From the IMG/VR virus record IMGVR_UViG_3300045988_167691: a stretch of DNA of 64,000 bases; one strand, written 5' to 3'. Below are positions 59,897 through 64,000 of this stretch, piece after piece. A program made the position numbers and the translations under genes. The stretch comes from a virus. The notes under the pieces were generated by a model. That model saw only the letters and a program-made list of their open reading frames with translations, made no database searches and was not told the DNA's origin. Positions within the stretch are counted from its first letter, which is position 1, and each line of letters opens with the position of its first letter.

Positions 59897-61189
59897 ATAA
59901 TAATTCCTACATCTGTGTCATGAGATTAGTCGAACAACATACAATCAAGCCAAGTTCTGTTTATTACAATGAACTTTATGATCTATTGCATAAGTGTAAA
60001 AACTTATACAATAAAGGATTGTATGTTGTTAGACAACACTATTTTCAATACAAGGATGATAATACTGTAAAATACAAATACCTAAACTACTATTCTCTTG
60101 AAAAGAAATTAAGGGATGAAAATGATCCTGATTACAGAGCTTTACCTACTCCAGTTTCACAGCAAGTTCTTATGATGGTAGATAGAAATTTTAAATCTTT
60201 CTTCAATCTTCTTAATAAGAAAAATAGAGGAGAATATTCTGATCCAGTTAGGATACCCAAGTATCTTAGCAAAGATGGATTGTTTATGGCTGTATTTACT
60301 ACCATCGCATTTTCGCAAAAATGGATAAAACAAGGTGTTGTTAAGTTGCCTAAACAATTTTCTTTTACAACTCGTACTAACAAGCAAAATATTCAACAAC
60401 TTAGATTCATTCCTAAGAATGGGTATATTGTTCTTGAAATAGTTTACAATAAGAAGGAAAAAGATCTTATGCCCGATAATGGGAACTACCTTGGTATCGA
60501 CATAGGATTAGATAATTTAGCCTCTTGTGTATCCAACAACGGTTCTTGTTTTATCATCAATGGTAGACCACTGAAGTCTATTAACCAGTATTATAATAAA
60601 AAATTAGCATTCTTAAAATCTAAATTAAAAGATAATAAACATACTTCAAAACAAATCAGGTCATTAACCAACAAAAGGAATAACAAGATCAAAGATTATC
60701 TTCACAAAGCGAGTAGGATATTGATTAATCACGTAGTTTCCAATGGTATTAATACGATCATAATCGGTCATAACAAATGCTGGAAACAAGAGATCAATAT
60801 CGGAAAACGAAATAATCAGAACTTTGTTTCTATTCCTTTTAATGTGTTTATCTCAATGATATCTTATAAAGCGACATTAGAAGGTATTAATGTTAAGATT
60901 GTTGAAGAATCTTATACTTCAAAATGTAGCTTTTTGGATAATGAACGGATTTGTAAACATGAATCTTACAAAGGAAGAAGGATTAAACGAGGATTGTTTA
61001 AAACTTCTTCTGGTAGTATTATTAATGCTGATATCAATGGTGCTTTTAACATCATTAGAAAATCAGAAAAAGAATCCTTTGATGTAACGATGTTACCAAA
61101 AGGTAGAGGGTTTTGGTGGAACCCGGTACGGATTTCCGTATAAATGTGTACTATTTTACGCTTTTAATGTAAAGTGGTATATAATCACC
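59843..61189 (+). mobile_element. TnpB-only insertion element bounded by 22-bp inverted end motifs
   Basis: ggtgattatatactactttaca (59843..59864) compared with the reverse complement of tgtaaagtggtatataatcacc (61168..61189) gives 21/22 identity. The pair encloses tnpB only, with no tnpA. Confidence 0.55.
59920..61143 (+). CDS. tnpB: TnpB (IS200/IS605 OrfB family) RNA-guided nuclease
   Basis: 407 aa. The RuvC triad candidates are LGIDIGLDN (D), IVEESYTSK (E) and INADINGAFNI (D). The zinc-finger region is degenerate, with only two Cys (CSFLDNERIC) and the second CxxC absent. Confidence 0.75.
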   Translation: MRLVEQHTIKPSSVYYNELYDLLHKCKNLYNKGLYVVRQHYFQYKDDNTVKYKYLNYYSLEKKLRDENDPDYRALPTPVSQQVLMMVDRNFKSFFNLLNKKNRGEYSDPVRIPKYLSKDGLFMAVFTTIAFSQKWIKQGVVKLPKQFSFTTRTNKQNIQQLRFIPKNGYIVLEIVYNKKEKDLMPDNGNYLGIDIGLDNLASCVSNNGSCFIINGRPLKSINQYYNKKLAFLKSKLKDNKHTSKQIRSLTNKRNNKIKDYLHKASRILINHVVSNGINTIIIGHNKCWKQEINIGKRNNQNFVSIPFNVFISMISYKATLEGINVKIVEESYTSKCSFLDNERICKHESYKGRRIKRGLFKTSSGSIINADINGAFNIIRKSEKESFDVTMLPKGRGFWWNPVRISV

Positions 61190-61203
61190 TCTGTCAAAAC
61201 GGA

Positions 61204-61443
61204 ATGGAGATCGGACAAAACAGATTATTCAAGTGGTTAAGAAAGAAAGGTTATCTGGGAACAAAAGGAGAATACTACAATCAGCCTATGCAACGCTATG
61301 TAGAAGCAGGATTGTTTGAAATAAAGAAAAGGGTAATCACAAAACCAAACGGAAGTACGATAACCGTATCGACACCTATGGTAACTCCGGCAGGACAACT
61401 GCATATCTTGAACAAGTTTCTGGAATACTATTCCAAGATGTAG
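61204..61443 (+). CDS. small protein with a phage antirepressor C-terminal (ANT/KilAC-like) domain
   Basis: 79 aa from ATG 61204. NRLFKWLRKKGYL...YNQPMQRYVEAGLFEIKKRVITKPNGSTITVSTPMVTPAGQLHILNKF matches my recollection of the ANT family pattern. Confidence 0.45.
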   Translation: MEIGQNRLFKWLRKKGYLGTKGEYYNQPMQRYVEAGLFEIKKRVITKPNGSTITVSTPMVTPAGQLHILNKFLEYYSKM

Positions 61444-63093
61444 TGATCTTCCCATAGTATAGTATTGCTGGAAATGTTAAAATCATTTTTCTTGAAAATG
61501 TAATACTATACTATGACAAACAAAGCCTATTTTCCATGTAAAAATTACAATAAGTCAAACTTTTTTGCATATAGAGGGTACTCAAAGAATGAAAATTTAT
61601 AAATTATTGACAATCAATACCTTAACTTCAAAAATTACCAAAAACCGATTTTTAATACTCATTTAAAAAATATACAATAAGTCCTCCTACTCCAAAATCA
61701 GTATCATTTTACCCAAATGTTAATTACCTTTTTAAAAATGTAAGAATATACCTTTACAAATAGGCAGGAAAAATGTTACCACCTGTTAAAATAGGAAGAT
61801 TTACTCCTATCGAAAGAAATAACACTTATTCTATTGCTACAAATGTGTCTATAGATACTACTCGGAAACAGGAAGAATCCTGTGATTTGTAATAATATAT
61901 TCTTACATTTTGGACTGATTTTGGCAATTTACGAGTATCATTTTGAAAGAATATACATATAAAAGTTTACAAATAGTCAAAAATTGAAAAGATGAGAATT
62001 TGCGTCATTCTAAAACCAACCAAAATTTTCAATTATTTAAAAATCAGACATTTGCAATTTTTCAATTTTGCCTACCCCCTTATAGGGTTTGGAGTTTGAA
62101 AATCTTCATTTTTACCATATCATTTTGATAGGAATTGTTTTGCTTAGTTTTACAAATTGTCATTTTTATGTATTGAGCGCAGCGATTCCCGCTCGGAAGG
62201 GGTTAAAAGGCGGCTTTAGCCGACCCCCTTCCGAAAAAGAATAGGTATGGACAACCCCACAAAATTTCCCTTATAGGAAAGAAAGTCAACTTCCCTATAT
62301 ATATCCACTTTTAAAAATCAACAAAGAAAAACCTATATGTAGAAAAACAAATACCCCCACCCCTCCTATCTCATAGGAATAGAGATTTGAAAAGCCCATA
62401 GGGATGATGTTTTAGGATTTTGTATATATGTAAATAGCTGAAAATCAATGATATAAATGTATATTTTGTCTTAAAAACACCCTTGTAGAAGTATATTTGA
62501 ATGTTTTGTCCTATTTGGAATTTTCCTATAAGGAGGGTGTCTGAAGATTATATATAACTTATTGATTATCAAAGAGATAAATATGAGCACATTCTTTCAG
62601 AATCCCTATAAGGGAACTGTTTGGAAGTTTTGTCCTGAAAATCCTAATAGAAGTACATTTAAGAGTTTTTGCCTTACAATAAAGGCTTTAAATGTCCCTA
62701 ATAGAAGTATGTTTTTAAATTTTATGTATATAAGTATCTGATAATTAGGTATATAAATAAAATTATTATTTTTGAAAATGCCCATATGGGTGCTATTTGG
62801 AAGTTTTATCTTGTGAGGTATTAGAGACGCAGGCTTTATATGGAGAGTCCTCAAACAGTCCCTAAAGATACCCTGGATAAACAAAATACCCCCACCAGCC
62901 TATCTATTATCGTTTTCTTGGCACTTTCTTATCAAAATGGTATAGACGTACCACCTACCAAAAGAAAGTGCCTTAAATCGTCTTATTTAGATTTACTTGT
63001 TTTGAGGGAATGGAAGCTACTTTAAACTATAGGAACACACCACCCTAAGGATATCACCACACAAGCGTATGAGATAGTTAGATACATTGAAAG

Positions 63094-63127
63094 TTCCTAT
63101 ATATAGTATATATACTATATATAGGAA
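63094..63127. repeat. 34-bp perfect AT-rich palindrome
   Basis: ttcctatatatagtatatatactatatataggaa equals its own reverse complement (checked by hand). Confidence 0.9.
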
Positions 63128-63921
63128 AATAGATTTGTAGCTGGTTTTATAGCTCCTAAAATGGTATCGTACATTCGCGCTCCAGCGAATAGATACCATT
63201 TTAAAAACAATCATTATACACCACCAACGAAGAAGATAGTATAAGTATATAGATAAAAGAAGACGAAAAAGAGGTTATCAACCACTCCAAAAACCGCATA
63301 AACAAAGAGGATAGAGGGAATAGAGGGTGATTTAGGGAAAGGGAATGAGAATAGGAAAGTGCGAGGCGACGAGAGCATAACTAAACCATACCGGCAAAAA
63401 CATACTGACCAAACCAAACCATACTATCATAAATAAAGCAGCATAACCATACCGGCGAAAATAAAGCACAACCGTTATATGTGTCAATTTGCAGAGCATT
63501 TCCGGCAATGAGAGTGCATACATATCTCCTGAATCAACATCTTCTACCTACTTTTAAACTCTTTTCTATTTACTCCAAACCTTTATAAGCACATTCACGT
63601 AATTGCTTTCTATTGTTTAGACTAATTCTAAATAACGGTATTTCCTATTCCTTGGCATACTCTTTTCCTATTTTCTTGCACAAGTTTCCCCGATTTTTAG
63701 CTAATTTATTGATATTCAACTATTTGTGTATCAAGTTATTTTAAGCTCTTTTTATAGGGGTCTTTTTAATTGGTAGGGCAATACTGCTTTTCCTTCCAAA
63801 GCGTGCTACATTCGCGCGATAACGCGCTACCATTTCGCGCACTTTGGTACAATAAGTAACAAACTATCAGCATAAAAACATACATTCCACTACTTAATTA
63901 ACCTTTCTTAACTGTATTTCC

Positions 63922-63952
63922 CTTGTTATGTAAGAATAAAGTATTACCTTTG
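63922..63952 (+). promoter_or_regulatory. Bacteroides-type promoter with TGTAAGAATA in the spacer; the gene starts at the window edge (ATG 63998)
   Basis: cTTG, a 19-nt spacer containing tgtaagaata (63929..63938), then TAccTTTG (63945..63952). Confidence 0.5.
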
Positions 63953-64000
63953 TATCAAAGAAAAGAACTAATAATAACAACTAAAATAATTACAATCATG

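Noticed and set aside
62070-62820. A CRISPR-like array suggested by the many short repeats
   Set aside because: The repeats are short (9-13 nt) palindromic boxes with irregular spacing and variable sequence. They are not 25-40-nt direct repeats with uniform spacers, and no cas genes are present.
61450-63990. The idea that the long ORF-free stretches (also 49.2-49.7 and 51.8-52.7 kb) are genes written in a recoded genetic code (TAG or TGA reassignment, as in some Bacteroidota phages)
   Set aside because: All large late genes in the window, up to 2297 codons, are intact in the standard code. In addition, the ORF-free regions are dominated by short palindromes and direct repeats rather than codon-like periodicity. 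This was not formally tested, and a translation with codes 4 and 15 would settle it.
1-64000. Lysogeny module, terminase, DNA polymerase and tRNAs
   Set aside because: None was recognised by motif reading. They may lie outside the window, so no claim is made about lifestyle (temperate or lytic) or about packaging strategy.

Overview
This window looks like about 64 kb of a contractile-tailed (myovirus-type) dsDNA phage or prophage of a Bacteroidota host. The host call rests on several intergenic sites that fit the Bacteroides TTTG / TAnnTTTG promoter consensus, on BACON/Ig-like and BspA-type LRR surface domains, and on about 35% GC. From 209 to 49165 almost everything is on the minus strand and forms a virion and lysis module. 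In transcription order it reads: holin, repeat-domain surface protein, portal (interrupted by a LAGLIDADG intein), MuF-like head morphogenesis protein, a Nudix-containing protein, prohead protease, scaffold, major capsid protein and neck proteins. It continues with sheath, tube, a two-gene insertion, tail chaperones, tape measure, a Mu/P2-like baseplate (hub, spike, gp25-like, baseplate-J-like), fibre/adhesin genes, an HNH nuclease and a secreted lytic transglycosylase. From 49.2 to 64 kb there is an accessory/early region with membrane proteins, a free-standing HNH homing endonuclease, a divergent promoter region with an XRE repressor-like gene and a TnpB element. This region also has three unusually long ORF-free stretches (49.2-49.7, 51.8-52.7 and 61.45-64.0 kb). 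The most notable observation is a perfect 67-bp inverted repeat lying inside the coding sequence of the 2297-aa baseplate-J/fibre fusion gene. It brackets a 1.55-kb segment carrying two diverged, oppositely oriented, in-frame alternative C-terminal cassettes. This is a Mu G-segment-like invertible receptor-binding tip, but no invertase gene is visible in the window. Other notable items are two TnpB copies that share an element-end motif arranged as inverted repeats, a Nudix plus Dps-like fusion in the head module, a perfect 627-bp tandem duplication, and a recurrent TGTAAGAATA promoter-associated motif. No tRNA, rRNA, CRISPR array, integrase, terminase or DNA polymerase was recognised. All domain calls come from reading motifs by eye, not from database searches.
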